A stretch of 64,000 bases of DNA from an uncultured Sphingobacteriales bacterium (GTDB lineage: Bacteria; Bacteroidota; Bacteroidia; CAILMK01; CAYYUA01). Positions within the stretch are counted from its first letter, which is position 1. The number at the start of each line of letters is the position of its first letter. Made by a program: the position numbers and the translations under genes. The stretch is from NCBI GenBank assembly GCA_964474835.1, contig CAYYUA010000013.1:1405-65404 (forward strand), given 5' to 3'. The notes below the pieces were generated by a model, which saw only the letters and a list, made by a program, of their open reading frames with translations, was not told the origin of the DNA and searched no databases. Positions 37,283 through 47,419 of this stretch are shown piece after piece.

Positions 37283-38289
37283 ACTGGAAATCGATCCTCA
37301 TACCTGCCCTTGTTCTGGTAGCACTGGGCGGAGTCATATACTGGCTGACCACAAAAAGCCGCAATACTACCTTCTCTGCTAAGAATACTGAGTTCGCCAT
37401 TCAGGATACCGCAGCTATTGACGAGATACACCTCTCTAACATGGATGGGCAGGAGGTTCAGCTGAAACGGAAAAGCACGCAGACCTGGATGGTGAACAAT
37501 GAATTCCGGGCCAGCCTGAGTAAGGTTCAGACGCTTCTGCACACTTTGCGGAATGTGGAAGTCAAAAAACCGGTCCCACTGGAGGCCCGGGAGAATGTGA
37601 TCAAGGCCATGGCCTCTAACAATGTGCAGATAGACGTTTACAAGGACAACAACCTCGTGCGCTCCTACTATGTCGGCCATCAAACCCCGAGTGAACTGGG
37701 TACCTACATGGCCATGAACAACAAGGACAAGGAGCCGTACGTCACCCACATTCCGGGTTTTTACGGCTACCTGAGCACGCGGTTTTTTGCTGATCCGGAG
37801 GAATGGCGCAGCACCCTGATATGGGATTTTAACCCGGCTAACATCAAAGAGGTAGAGGTGCAGTACAATGCCGAAAAGCGTAACACCTTCAGGCTTACCA
37901 AACGCGGGGCTGAAGATTTCCGGCTAATTCAGCCCGGCAAGCGCGCGCAGCTTCCGAATCCGGATCAAAAAGCCGTCAAGCGCTACCTGACCCGGTTTAG
38001 TGATTTCCACTGTATCAAGGACATGCATGCCCCGGCCAAGCGGGACTCCCTGGAGCAGCTTACCCCGGATGCTAAGATCCGGGTAGCAGCAGACGGCCGG
38101 AACAAACGATCCCTGAAGCTATACGGGGTTTTCGATGAGGAAACAGACACCACAAAAGGCCCGGAGAAAGCGGACAATTACTACGCTTTAACACCTGGCC
38201 GCCCGAACCAGGTGCTCCTGGTTCAGGATCTCATAGCGGACCCTATGCTCGGAGAGCTCTCGGACTTCGAATCCTCAAAAATCAATTAG
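37279..38289 (+). CDS. DUF4340-like membrane-anchored protein
   Basis: It has an N-terminal TM and its start overlaps the GldG-like stop. This matches the conserved GldG/DUF4340 pairing. Confidence 0.45.
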   Translation: MNWKSILIPALVLVALGGVIYWLTTKSRNTTFSAKNTEFAIQDTAAIDEIHLSNMDGQEVQLKRKSTQTWMVNNEFRASLSKVQTLLHTLRNVEVKKPVPLEARENVIKAMASNNVQIDVYKDNNLVRSYYVGHQTPSELGTYMAMNNKDKEPYVTHIPGFYGYLSTRFFADPEEWRSTLIWDFNPANIKEVEVQYNAEKRNTFRLTKRGAEDFRLIQPGKRAQLPNPDQKAVKRYLTRFSDFHCIKDMHAPAKRDSLEQLTPDAKIRVAADGRNKRSLKLYGVFDEETDTTKGPEKADNYYALTPGRPNQVLLVQDLIADPMLGELSDFESSKIN

Positions 38290-38322
38290 CTTTGTAGAGA
38301 AGCTAACAAATCCCACGGGCAT

Positions 38323-39516
38323 ATGAAATTCGTTGCGTCTACAACGGCCCTGCTTAAAGAACTTCAGCTAATCAATGGTGTGATCAGCAATCGGGCGGTC
38401 ATTCCGATTCTTGAATACTTTCTGTTTGAGGTCCGGGAGTCCAAGCTAACCATAACCGGCACTGACCTCGAGGTATCCATGCGCTCGAGCCTGGAGGTTG
38501 AAAGCAAAGAAGACGGTCAGGTAGCTGTGCCGGCCCGCCTGATCATCGATATCCTGCGAACGCTCCCGGAGCAGCCCGTTACTTTTACCATCGATACCAC
38601 TAGTAATGCCATTGAGCTGACCTCAGATAACGGCAAGTACAAGATATCAGGCGAGGGAGCTGAGGATTTTCCGAAGTTCCCGGAAGTTGAAAATGGAAGC
38701 ACGGTTTCCCTCAGCTCACGGGTGCTGAACAGGGCTATTAACAACACCCTGTTCGCCATCGGAAATGATGAACTGCGCCCGGCCCTCATGGGGCTTCTAA
38801 TGGAAATGACACCGCTGGATTTCAAGTTTGTATCCACAGATGGGAATAAACTGGTCAAGTATCGGCGGGAAGACGTAAGGGCCGATAATGCGGACACCTT
38901 TATCCTGCCCCGCAAAGCGCTGAACCTGCTAAAGAATTCCCTTCCGGATGACGATGTACAGGTTGCCGTGGAGTATAACAGTACCAATGCCCTGTTCACC
39001 TTTGGTGATGTTAAGCTGATCTGCCGCCTGATTGATGAGCGCTTTCCGGACTACAGTGCAGCTATTCCGGCCGAAGCCCCGTATACCCTCCGGATCAACC
39101 GGACTGAGCTTATCAACTCCCTGAAGCGGATTGCCATCTTCTCTAACAAGACCACCTATCAGGTTCGCTTTAAGATATCGAACGGGGAGCTTCAGCTAAC
39201 GGCCCAGGATCTGGATTTTGCCAATGAAGGTTTTGAGCGCCTGGCCTGCGATTTTGATGGAGAGCAGATGAGCATAGGTTTCAATGCCCGCTTCCTGATC
39301 GATATGCTGAACATCCTTAACTCAGATGAGGTGGTGATCAACTTATCGCAGCATAACCGCCCGGGTATCCTGAAACCGGCTGAGGCTGAGCAGGGCGAAG
39401 ACCTGCTGATGCTGCTGATGCCGATCGTGCTGAATTTTGATGAAGACGAGCAGAAACAGGAAACAGCATCCGGCGGGGACGAAGCTGAAGAAACCGAAGA
39501 GGGAGAGGAATTTTAG
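38323..39516 (+). CDS. dnaN: DNA polymerase III beta sliding clamp
   Basis: It has the canonical N-terminus MKFVASTTALLKELQLINGVIS and a three-domain length, plus an extra acidic C-terminal tail. Confidence 0.9.
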   Translation: MKFVASTTALLKELQLINGVISNRAVIPILEYFLFEVRESKLTITGTDLEVSMRSSLEVESKEDGQVAVPARLIIDILRTLPEQPVTFTIDTTSNAIELTSDNGKYKISGEGAEDFPKFPEVENGSTVSLSSRVLNRAINNTLFAIGNDELRPALMGLLMEMTPLDFKFVSTDGNKLVKYRREDVRADNADTFILPRKALNLLKNSLPDDDVQVAVEYNSTNALFTFGDVKLICRLIDERFPDYSAAIPAEAPYTLRINRTELINSLKRIAIFSNKTTYQVRFKISNGELQLTAQDLDFANEGFERLACDFDGEQMSIGFNARFLIDMLNILNSDEVVINLSQHNRPGILKPAEAEQGEDLLMLLMPIVLNFDEDEQKQETASGGDEAEETEEGEEF

Positions 39517-39525
39517 CTTTACCCC

Positions 39526-40887
39526 ATGCAGGATAAGCATGAGTTGCCTCCGGTACTGCTAAAACAGCCTTATGTGGTTAATGAGGGTGTTATCCATCAG
39601 GCCGATGTCCTGTTGAAAGATGGCTATATAGCCCGTATCGCCTCCACAATCACTCCGCCTGAAAAAGCTTACACTGAGGTTAAGGCAGCAGGCCTTTACC
39701 TGATGCCGGGCATTATTGATAACCATGTTCACTTTCGCGAACCTGGTCTGACCCACAAGGGCACCATCGGAACTGAGTCCAGAGCAGCGGTAGCTGGTGG
39801 CGTTACTGCGACCATGGAAATGCCAAATACCATCCCTCAGACGGTAAACCAGGCTGAGCTGGCCGGAAAATACCGCCGGGCATCGGCCACAAGCTGGACC
39901 AACCATGCTTTCTACCTGGGAGCAACCAAGGATAACATTGAGGCTATCAAGCAGGCCAACGCTCAGGATATCTGTGGTATTAAGGTCTTTATGGGCTCCT
40001 CTACCGGGAATATGCTGGTAGATGATCCGGAAACCCTGGCAGGTATTCTGCGGCAGTCGCAGCACTTAGTAGCGGTGCATGCAGAAGATGAGGCCATTAT
40101 CCAGCAGAACTACCACAGGATTACGGAAAAGGAACAGCTATCAATTGAAGCGCATCCCCGGATACGGAATGCACAGGGCTGCTATCAGGCTTCTGAGCTG
40201 ATCACTGGGATGGCCCGGGAATACCAGGCCCGGCTCCACATCCTGCACCTGACCACAGCAGACGAGGTCCCGCTTTTTGACAGTGCTTACCCTCCGGAAG
40301 AAAAGCTTATAACCACAGAGGCCTGTGTCCATCACCTCTGGTTCAATAGTGCTGACTACACACGCTGGGGGAACAAGCTGAAGTGTTTCCCTGCTATCAA
40401 GGCCGAACCACACCGCCAGGCGCTTTTGGAAGGCCTGCAACAAGGCGCTATTGACCAGATCGCCTCTGATCACGCCCCGCACGCCCTGGTAGAAAAACAG
40501 CGCGGCTATGCGGAAGCTCCGGGTGGTATCCCCATGATCCAGCATAACCTGCCGGCAATGCTGGCTTTTTACCATCAAGGCCTGCTATCCCTTACCCAGA
40601 TTGCTGAGAAAATGGCCCATAACCCGGCTAAAACTTACCGGGTAAAGGAACGGGGATTCATAAAAGAGGGTTACAAGGCTGATTGTGTGCTGGTTGATCC
40701 GGAACAGCCGTTGCGCGTTGATTCATCAACCCTGCAATCCAAAGCCCGGTGGTCCCCGTTTGACGGTACAACCTTTCCGGGCAGCGTTACCCATACGTTC
40801 GTCAACGGACAGCTGGCTTACCACAAGGGATTGCTGCTGGATAAGCCTGCCACCGAGCCGCTGAGTTTCCATAACCGGAAGCCATGA
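39526..40887 (+). CDS. dihydroorotase-like cyclic amidohydrolase
   Basis: It has the metal-binding motif IIDNHVHFREPG and a 453 aa class I DHOase-like length. Confidence 0.7.
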   Translation: MQDKHELPPVLLKQPYVVNEGVIHQADVLLKDGYIARIASTITPPEKAYTEVKAAGLYLMPGIIDNHVHFREPGLTHKGTIGTESRAAVAGGVTATMEMPNTIPQTVNQAELAGKYRRASATSWTNHAFYLGATKDNIEAIKQANAQDICGIKVFMGSSTGNMLVDDPETLAGILRQSQHLVAVHAEDEAIIQQNYHRITEKEQLSIEAHPRIRNAQGCYQASELITGMAREYQARLHILHLTTADEVPLFDSAYPPEEKLITTEACVHHLWFNSADYTRWGNKLKCFPAIKAEPHRQALLEGLQQGAIDQIASDHAPHALVEKQRGYAEAPGGIPMIQHNLPAMLAFYHQGLLSLTQIAEKMAHNPAKTYRVKERGFIKEGYKADCVLVDPEQPLRVDSSTLQSKARWSPFDGTTFPGSVTHTFVNGQLAYHKGLLLDKPATEPLSFHNRKP

Positions 40888-40983
40888 GGCTCTTTGGGTT
40901 TCAGCGTGTATATTTTACCATACACTTTAGGTTGTTGATACAAATACCCTTGAGTACAAACTGATACAGAAAAGCTAACCGTA

Positions 40984-43773
40984 ATGTCAGGCAACACTAC
41001 CGATAAACGCCTATTCCTGCTGGATGCCATGGCCCTTATCTACCGGGCTCACTTTGCCTTTATCCGGAATCCTATGTACAATTCCAGGGGCATGAATACA
41101 TCAGCCCTGTTTGGTTTTACTAACAACCTGCTGGACTTGCTGGAAAAAGAGAATCCCACCCACGTTGGGATCGCCTTTGATACCAACCAGCCCACTTTCC
41201 GGGAGCAGGAATATCCTGAGTACAAAGCCAACCGCGAAGAGCAGCCAGAGGATATTCAGATAGCCACGCCTGTGGTAAAGCGCATGGCACAGGCTTTCCG
41301 GATACCAGTTCTGGAAAAGCCCGGCTACGAAGCGGATGATCTCATCGGTACCCTTGCCAAACAAGCAGCCCGGGAGGGATTTGAGGTGTACATGGTTACG
41401 CCCGATAAGGATTACGCCCAGTTAGTTGAGCCGAACATTTACCTGATGAAGCCAGCGCGTAGCGGCAAGCCCGGTGAGCTCTGGGATATGGATACGGTTA
41501 AAAAGGAGTTCGATATCGATGAGGTTAGCCAGGTTGTGGACGTACAGGGACTAACCGGCGACAGTGTGGACAACATACCCGGGGTGGAAGGCATCGGGCC
41601 CAAGACCGCCGGTAAGCTCATCCGGGAGTTCGGAGACATTGAAACGCTGATCGCTTCCACTGATCAGCTTAAAGGGAAGCAGAAGGCGAAAATTGAAGAA
41701 GCCAGCGATATTGCCCTGCAATCCAAGCGCCTGGCCACTATCGATACAGCTTCGCCGGTTCACTTTGATGAGGCAGGCCTTAAGCGCGAAGAGCCGGACG
41801 ATGAAGCCCTGAAGGGCCTGCTACAGGAGCTGGAGTTCCGCTCGATCTGGCGCAAGCTCTACGGGGATTCTGACAGTAGCGAGCAACAGCAGCAGGAACA
41901 GGGCGACCTCTTCCAGCAACAACAAAAGGCTGAACCCGCTCAACCCTCACAGCCAGCGCTGACTACCCTGGACCAGGTCGCCACGGACTACCACCTCATA
42001 CAGTCAGCTGATGACCGCCATGCGGTAGTACAGGAATTACAGCAGTGCGAGGCCTTCGCTATCGATACCGAAACATCAGCCCTGAATCCGCAGGTGGCAG
42101 ACCTTGTAGGGATCAGCATCTCGCCGGAATCGGGCAAGGGGTACTACCTGCCCACCAATGACCCGGAAAGCTGCCGGGCAGTGATAGCAGCGCTGAATCC
42201 AGTGCTGGCTGATCCCTCTATCATAAAAATTGGCCAGAACATCAAGTTTGACCTGGTTATCCTTCACCGCTTCGGGGCTGAGATCAAAGGCCAGGTGTTC
42301 GATACCATGATTGCCCATTACCTGCTGGAGCCAGAATTGCGGCATAACATGGACTATCTGGCCGAACAGTACCTGCAATACAAGCCAGTGCCGATAGAGC
42401 AGCTTATCGGTAAGAAGGGAAAAGGACAGGCCAGTATGGAAGACCTGGCCCCGGAGACCATTAAGGACTATGCCTGCGAAGACTCAGACATAACCTACCA
42501 GCTTTATGAGGTTTTCTATCCGCAGCTTAAGGAGCAAGGCTATACTGAGCTGTATGACACCATTGAAGAGCCGCTGATTTGTGTGCTGGAAGAGATGGAG
42601 CGGGAAGGCGTCAGGGTTGATCAGCAGCAATTGCACAGCTTTTCGCGTGAACTGGGCGAGGAGATGCAGACCCTGCAGGAAGAGATTTACCAGATGGTCG
42701 GAGAGCGCTTCAACATCAATTCCCCAAAGCAACTGGGGGAACTCCTGTTCGAGAAACTGCAGCTGGACCCCAACGCCAAGAAAAGCCAGAAAAGTCAGCA
42801 GTATTCTACCAATGAAGAAGTCCTGACGCGGCTGGCTGCTAAGCATTCCGTTGCCCGGAAAGTGCTGGATTACCGGTCTGTTCAGAAGCTCAAATCCACC
42901 TATGTGGATGCCCTGCCCGAGCTGATCAATGAGCGCACCGGACGTATCCATACATCGTATCAGCAGGCTGTGGCCGCTACCGGGCGCCTGAGCTCCACTA
43001 ACCCCAACCTGCAGAACATTCCCATCCGGACCGAAAAAGGCCGGCGGATCCGCGAGGCTTTTGTTCCGCGGGAAGCGGGTTACTCCTTGTTAGCAGCTGA
43101 CTACTCCCAGATCGAGCTACGGCTGATGGCCGCCATGAGTGAAGACCCCGCCCTGATCCAGGCATTCCGAAAAGGCGAGGATATCCACTCCTCCACAGCT
43201 GCCCGGATCTACCAAGTGCCGTTTGACCAGGTTACCGATGAGATGCGCCGGAACGCCAAGACTGTGAATTTTGGCATCATTTACGGAATTTCAGCCTACG
43301 GGTTGGCTCAGCGCCTGAATATTCCCCGCCAAGAAGCCTCAGATGTCATCGAGAACTACTTTGCGGAATATCCCCAGGTGAAGGTCTACATGGATAGCCA
43401 GATCGCGCATGCCCGCCGGCATGGTCATGTTAAAACCCTGTTCGGCCGGCAGCGCACCCTCCGCGATATCAATTCCAGTAATTCCAATCAGCGGGGATTT
43501 GCTGAGCGCAACGCTATTAACAGCCCGATCCAGGGTACAGCGGCAGACCTTATCAAAAAAGCAATGGTGGATATTCAGGGCGATATCAAGAAGCACAGGC
43601 TGGCTTCCAGGATGACCCTACAGGTACATGACGAGCTGATCTTTGATGCGCACAACGATGAGCTGGACGTCCTGAAGCCCCTGATCACCGATAAGATGCA
43701 GAACGTTCTGGATCTAGCTGTTCCGCTTGAGGTGGAAATCGGGGTCGGGGCTAATTGGTTACAGGCGCACTAA
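40984..43773 (+). CDS. polA: DNA polymerase I
   Basis: It has a 5'-nuclease domain, a 3'-5' exonuclease domain and a polymerase domain, with motif A DYSQIELR and motif C QVHDELIF. Confidence 0.95.
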   Translation: MSGNTTDKRLFLLDAMALIYRAHFAFIRNPMYNSRGMNTSALFGFTNNLLDLLEKENPTHVGIAFDTNQPTFREQEYPEYKANREEQPEDIQIATPVVKRMAQAFRIPVLEKPGYEADDLIGTLAKQAAREGFEVYMVTPDKDYAQLVEPNIYLMKPARSGKPGELWDMDTVKKEFDIDEVSQVVDVQGLTGDSVDNIPGVEGIGPKTAGKLIREFGDIETLIASTDQLKGKQKAKIEEASDIALQSKRLATIDTASPVHFDEAGLKREEPDDEALKGLLQELEFRSIWRKLYGDSDSSEQQQQEQGDLFQQQQKAEPAQPSQPALTTLDQVATDYHLIQSADDRHAVVQELQQCEAFAIDTETSALNPQVADLVGISISPESGKGYYLPTNDPESCRAVIAALNPVLADPSIIKIGQNIKFDLVILHRFGAEIKGQVFDTMIAHYLLEPELRHNMDYLAEQYLQYKPVPIEQLIGKKGKGQASMEDLAPETIKDYACEDSDITYQLYEVFYPQLKEQGYTELYDTIEEPLICVLEEMEREGVRVDQQQLHSFSRELGEEMQTLQEEIYQMVGERFNINSPKQLGELLFEKLQLDPNAKKSQKSQQYSTNEEVLTRLAAKHSVARKVLDYRSVQKLKSTYVDALPELINERTGRIHTSYQQAVAATGRLSSTNPNLQNIPIRTEKGRRIREAFVPREAGYSLLAADYSQIELRLMAAMSEDPALIQAFRKGEDIHSSTAARIYQVPFDQVTDEMRRNAKTVNFGIIYGISAYGLAQRLNIPRQEASDVIENYFAEYPQVKVYMDSQIAHARRHGHVKTLFGRQRTLRDINSSNSNQRGFAERNAINSPIQGTAADLIKKAMVDIQGDIKKHRLASRMTLQVHDELIFDAHNDELDVLKPLITDKMQNVLDLAVPLEVEIGVGANWLQAH

Positions 43774-43892
43774 GCCTTATCCGTTAAAATGTTAAGGCCG
43801 CAGACCTGTACCGATGGCACTGTTTTAGATAAGAAAAAGAAGGCAAATCAGGAATACTCCGCTTAGGAAGAAATGATGAGCTGAGGAAGCAG

Positions 43893-45164
43893 GTGATCAT
43901 GCATCATACACAAACGATTATCATTGGAGGCGGTCTGGCAGGCATCAACTGTGCCCGGTACCTGGAAAAAGCCGGAGTTGACTACCGCCTGATCGAAGCA
44001 ACCGATTCCCTGGGCGGCCGGATGAAAACCGATGAATACAAGGGCTTCCTGCTGGACCGCGGGTTTCAGGTTTTCCTATCCGCCTATCCCGAAGCTATGC
44101 AGACGCTCGACTACGACCGGTTAGACCTGCAAAGCTTCATGCCCGGTTCCATCATCAGGATCAATAATAGCTTTCAGAAGGTCATAGACCCGGCTAATCA
44201 GCCATTGCAGGCGCTGGGGTCCATCTTTGCTCCGCTCGGCAGCCTGGCTGATAAGTTCAAGCTGGCTTCCCTCCGAAGCCAGATCATGAGCAAATCCCCG
44301 GAATCTATCTTTAGCGAGAAGCAGGGCCTTACCACTTACCAGTACCTTAAGCAAAAGGGTTTTTCTGATAAGATCATTGACCGCCTCTTTCGTCCGTTCC
44401 TTGGTGGTATCTACCTCAGCCGCGATCTGGAAACCTCCTCTCAGATGCTGGAGTTTGTCTTCCGGATGTTCTCAGAGGGTGATACCTGCGTACCGGCAAA
44501 GGGCATTCAGGCCATTCCACGGCAGTTGGCTGAGTCCATTCCTGACGAAAAAGTCATCCTGAACCAAGCAGTGACCAGGATGAGCAACCAGGCCGTAACA
44601 CTTAGCGATGGGGAAACCCTTACAGCGGATAGCATGGTGGTGGCAACGGAAGCCCCGCAGACAGCTGAGTTATTGGAACTTGACAACATCAAGACAGAGC
44701 AGAACAGCACTACTTGCCTGTACTTTTCAGTACAGGGAGCGCCACCAACCAAAGAGCGCCTGCTGATCCTGAACGGGAACCCGGATGGGCCTATCAACTC
44801 TATCGCTGTCATGAGCCAGGTAGCACCCAGCTACGCGCCCAAAGGCAAGCATCTGGTGGCGGTTTCCATTGTAGGGCCGCCTCCGCAGAACCCGGAAGAA
44901 CAAGTTCGGGCACAGCTCAAAACCTGGTATGATCCGGCCTACATTGATCAGTGGGAGCATCTGAGAACTTACACCATTTCCTACGGGCTCCCGGCTAAAA
45001 CACCTGATAACTTCCTGAATGACGTTAACCAGCTGGAGCTGCCGCCCTATCAGTTTGTTTGCGGTGACCACCTGACTACCCCGTCCCAGAACGGGGCAAT
45101 GGTATCCGGGCGGGAAGCTGCCCAGCGGGTCTTGGCCTACTTAAGCGAACCTCAGCTAACTTAG
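43893..45164 (+). CDS. NAD(P)/FAD-dependent oxidoreductase (amine-oxidase-like)
   Basis: It has a GxGxxG motif (IIIGGGLAG) and a GGR...DRGFQVF block. Confidence 0.6.
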   Translation: MIMHHTQTIIIGGGLAGINCARYLEKAGVDYRLIEATDSLGGRMKTDEYKGFLLDRGFQVFLSAYPEAMQTLDYDRLDLQSFMPGSIIRINNSFQKVIDPANQPLQALGSIFAPLGSLADKFKLASLRSQIMSKSPESIFSEKQGLTTYQYLKQKGFSDKIIDRLFRPFLGGIYLSRDLETSSQMLEFVFRMFSEGDTCVPAKGIQAIPRQLAESIPDEKVILNQAVTRMSNQAVTLSDGETLTADSMVVATEAPQTAELLELDNIKTEQNSTTCLYFSVQGAPPTKERLLILNGNPDGPINSIAVMSQVAPSYAPKGKHLVAVSIVGPPPQNPEEQVRAQLKTWYDPAYIDQWEHLRTYTISYGLPAKTPDNFLNDVNQLELPPYQFVCGDHLTTPSQNGAMVSGREAAQRVLAYLSEPQLT

Positions 45165-45583
45165 ACGCCCATCAGTTGCACTACGACTTCCCGGCTGCGC
45201 GGCTGCGTATCAAAGTCCAGAAAGACAATCTGTTGCCACGTGCCAGTTAAAAGCCGGCTATCCTTAAAAGGAAAAGCCTGTGAAGTGCCGATGAGGGCAG
45301 ACCGCAGGTGAGCAGCCCCGTTGTCATCGCCCCACGTCTGATTATGCGCGTACCTATGACCATACGGGGCTAACTGATCCAGCATATGGCCTACATCCTT
45401 GTTAACCAGGCCGGGTTCGTATTCCAGCGTAGTAATACCGGTAGTAGCGCCTATGCCGTAGATGGTGGCTTGTCCCTCTGCCAGACTGCTGCTCCGGATC
45501 ACTTTTGATACTTCCTCAGAAAGGTTTATGATGCTGGTATACCCGTTAGTCTGAAAGCGGATCACTTCGGTCTGCACTTGCAT
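45161..45583 (-). CDS. YjbQ/UPF0047-family protein
   Basis: Its 140 aa length and N-terminal pattern fit the YjbQ family. It overlaps the upstream + gene convergently by 4 bp. Confidence 0.65.
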   Translation of the reverse strand: MQVQTEVIRFQTNGYTSIINLSEEVSKVIRSSSLAEGQATIYGIGATTGITTLEYEPGLVNKDVGHMLDQLAPYGHRYAHNQTWGDDNGAAHLRSALIGTSQAFPFKDSRLLTGTWQQIVFLDFDTQPRSREVVVQLMGV

Positions 45584-45595
45584 AGTATCCTTACT

Positions 45596-47398
45596 TTAAT
45601 GGACTACAAGGCTCCTTTGGAGCTGTTTTGCCGCTCCCTGAACAACAACCTGATAAACACCGGGCGGTAAATGGCTGACTGAAAGTGTAAGCTGATCCCG
45701 CACATGGGAGAGCTGTTTCCGGTAGAAAAGCTGACCGCCAGGGCTGTAAAGTTTTAGTACCGGTGCTTCCCATTCAGCTAAGCCATTAAGTCCTAACTGA
45801 ACCTGATCCGTAGCGGGATTGGGGCTAAGGGAGAGCTCAGCCGTCCTATCAGAGGTCTGGAGCCCTGTCTGGCCACTATCAGAAGGCCGGGGAGGCGTGT
45901 CCGGCGCCAGTTGGCTGCACTGGGTGAATTGCCCACGCTCATAGCGCTGTTTGGCAGGCAGGGCATCCTTTCCTAATTCGGTTACCGGGTGGTAGGCAGG
46001 CCACGTCAGTCCCGAGGACCAGTAACCCGGCCATTGCTTTTCCTTAAGGTAATAGCTGTTCAGCCGGGGCTTATTGCTGTTTTCCGGAATCAGGGTCCCC
46101 TGATAGTTATTACCAACTACAAAATGGCCATCTCCGGCTTGCAGGAACTGGCCTTGTTCGTCCGGGACCTCCAGGCCAATGAAGTTCTGGCTATCAGAAG
46201 CTGGGTTCTGGCTCATGTAAAGGCCGTAAAGCAGGGCACGGTTGCGGAAAAAAGTGTTGTGCGGGCCATTGATACCATGCGAAGCATCTATAGCGATGGT
46301 CTGAATGGTATTCCCTTCAAAGAGGTTAGCATAGGGGTAGTTGCCATGCAGCACCAGGTCCCCTGTAAAACTATTGGGAAAATTGGCTTTATAAGGATCT
46401 ATGGAGTAATTATAAGCTAAGACATTAGCATTGGCAGAAGCCTGCAAAAGCATTCCATGCCTCAGGCGCTCAAAAACATTGTTGGCCACCTTGCATTGTC
46501 CGGTAGTCAGGTGGAGCGTTACGCCATAGGCCTGCCCACCTCCGCCATAGCCAAAGGCATGATGAAAGTAAGAGCCCCTTACGGCTACATGCTGGCTTTT
46601 GGATACTTCTACATGAGAAAAATTACACTGGTAGCTTTCCACACCCTGAACCCAGCAGTTCTGCGCATAGCGGAAGGCGATGTTGCTGGTCTGCTGATTT
46701 GTGGCCCCCTGCCGGATGAGCTTCAGGCATTCCACACCTGTGTGCTGTTTCCATTGAATCCCGCGCAGCCGTGGGTTGCGACTGCTATCAAAAGGCATCC
46801 GCAAGGGCTTGCTTAGCTGAAGGCGGTTATCCTGTTTGCCCCTTATCGTTACAAAATGACCCAGCGTGCCCTCAGCCCAGGCGGAGGTTGCTAACTGCCC
46901 GTTATCCTGGATCAATGCCAGGGTCTGCCCCGGCTGGTACGCTTCAGCGTCCGGCACGGTCAAGAAGGGCTGACCATGTGAATGGCTGGTAAGGGTATCA
47001 GTTAATGCGCTGCCGCGGCCATTAATGCTGATAAGATCGCTGCGCACCTGCTTTCTGAAAACAAGGGTGGTTTTATCACTTCCAGCGCCTTTTAGTACCG
47101 TGCTATCAGGCAGGCTGATGCTGCTGCTGAAGTAATAAGTGCCCTCAGGCAGCAAGATAACAACAGCCTCGTTTTTATGGTCAGCTATGAGCTGAGCGAA
47201 AACCGTGTCTGCCCGGTACAGGGTATCAGCCGAAGAACCAGCATAGCTGCGGAAGCTGACCGTATCAGCATCAAGGCCTGACGTTTTGCCTGTCAGGCCC
47301 GCATCAGACCAGTCCACAGCCCGCTTTTCCGGAAGTACCTGAGCTAAGGTATTGAGGGTTAGAACCATGGCTGATAAGAAGAGCAGGAAATTTTTCAT
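45596..47398 (-). CDS. right-handed parallel beta-helix protein with T9SS C-terminal sorting domain
   Basis: It has a signal peptide, beta-helix repeat content and a CTD (SLSPNPATDQVQLGL...VVH). Confidence 0.55.
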   Translation of the reverse strand: MKNFLLFLSAMVLTLNTLAQVLPEKRAVDWSDAGLTGKTSGLDADTVSFRSYAGSSADTLYRADTVFAQLIADHKNEAVVILLPEGTYYFSSSISLPDSTVLKGAGSDKTTLVFRKQVRSDLISINGRGSALTDTLTSHSHGQPFLTVPDAEAYQPGQTLALIQDNGQLATSAWAEGTLGHFVTIRGKQDNRLQLSKPLRMPFDSSRNPRLRGIQWKQHTGVECLKLIRQGATNQQTSNIAFRYAQNCWVQGVESYQCNFSHVEVSKSQHVAVRGSYFHHAFGYGGGGQAYGVTLHLTTGQCKVANNVFERLRHGMLLQASANANVLAYNYSIDPYKANFPNSFTGDLVLHGNYPYANLFEGNTIQTIAIDASHGINGPHNTFFRNRALLYGLYMSQNPASDSQNFIGLEVPDEQGQFLQAGDGHFVVGNNYQGTLIPENSNKPRLNSYYLKEKQWPGYWSSGLTWPAYHPVTELGKDALPAKQRYERGQFTQCSQLAPDTPPRPSDSGQTGLQTSDRTAELSLSPNPATDQVQLGLNGLAEWEAPVLKLYSPGGQLFYRKQLSHVRDQLTLSVSHLPPGVYQVVVQGAAKQLQRSLVVH

Positions 47399-47419
47399 AG
47401 GATCAGGATTGGCAATGCA

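Noticed and set aside
37240-37749. 169-aa ORF antisense to the GldG end and DUF4340 start
   Set aside because: It overlaps two + strand genes that are translationally coupled, and no motif is recognisable.
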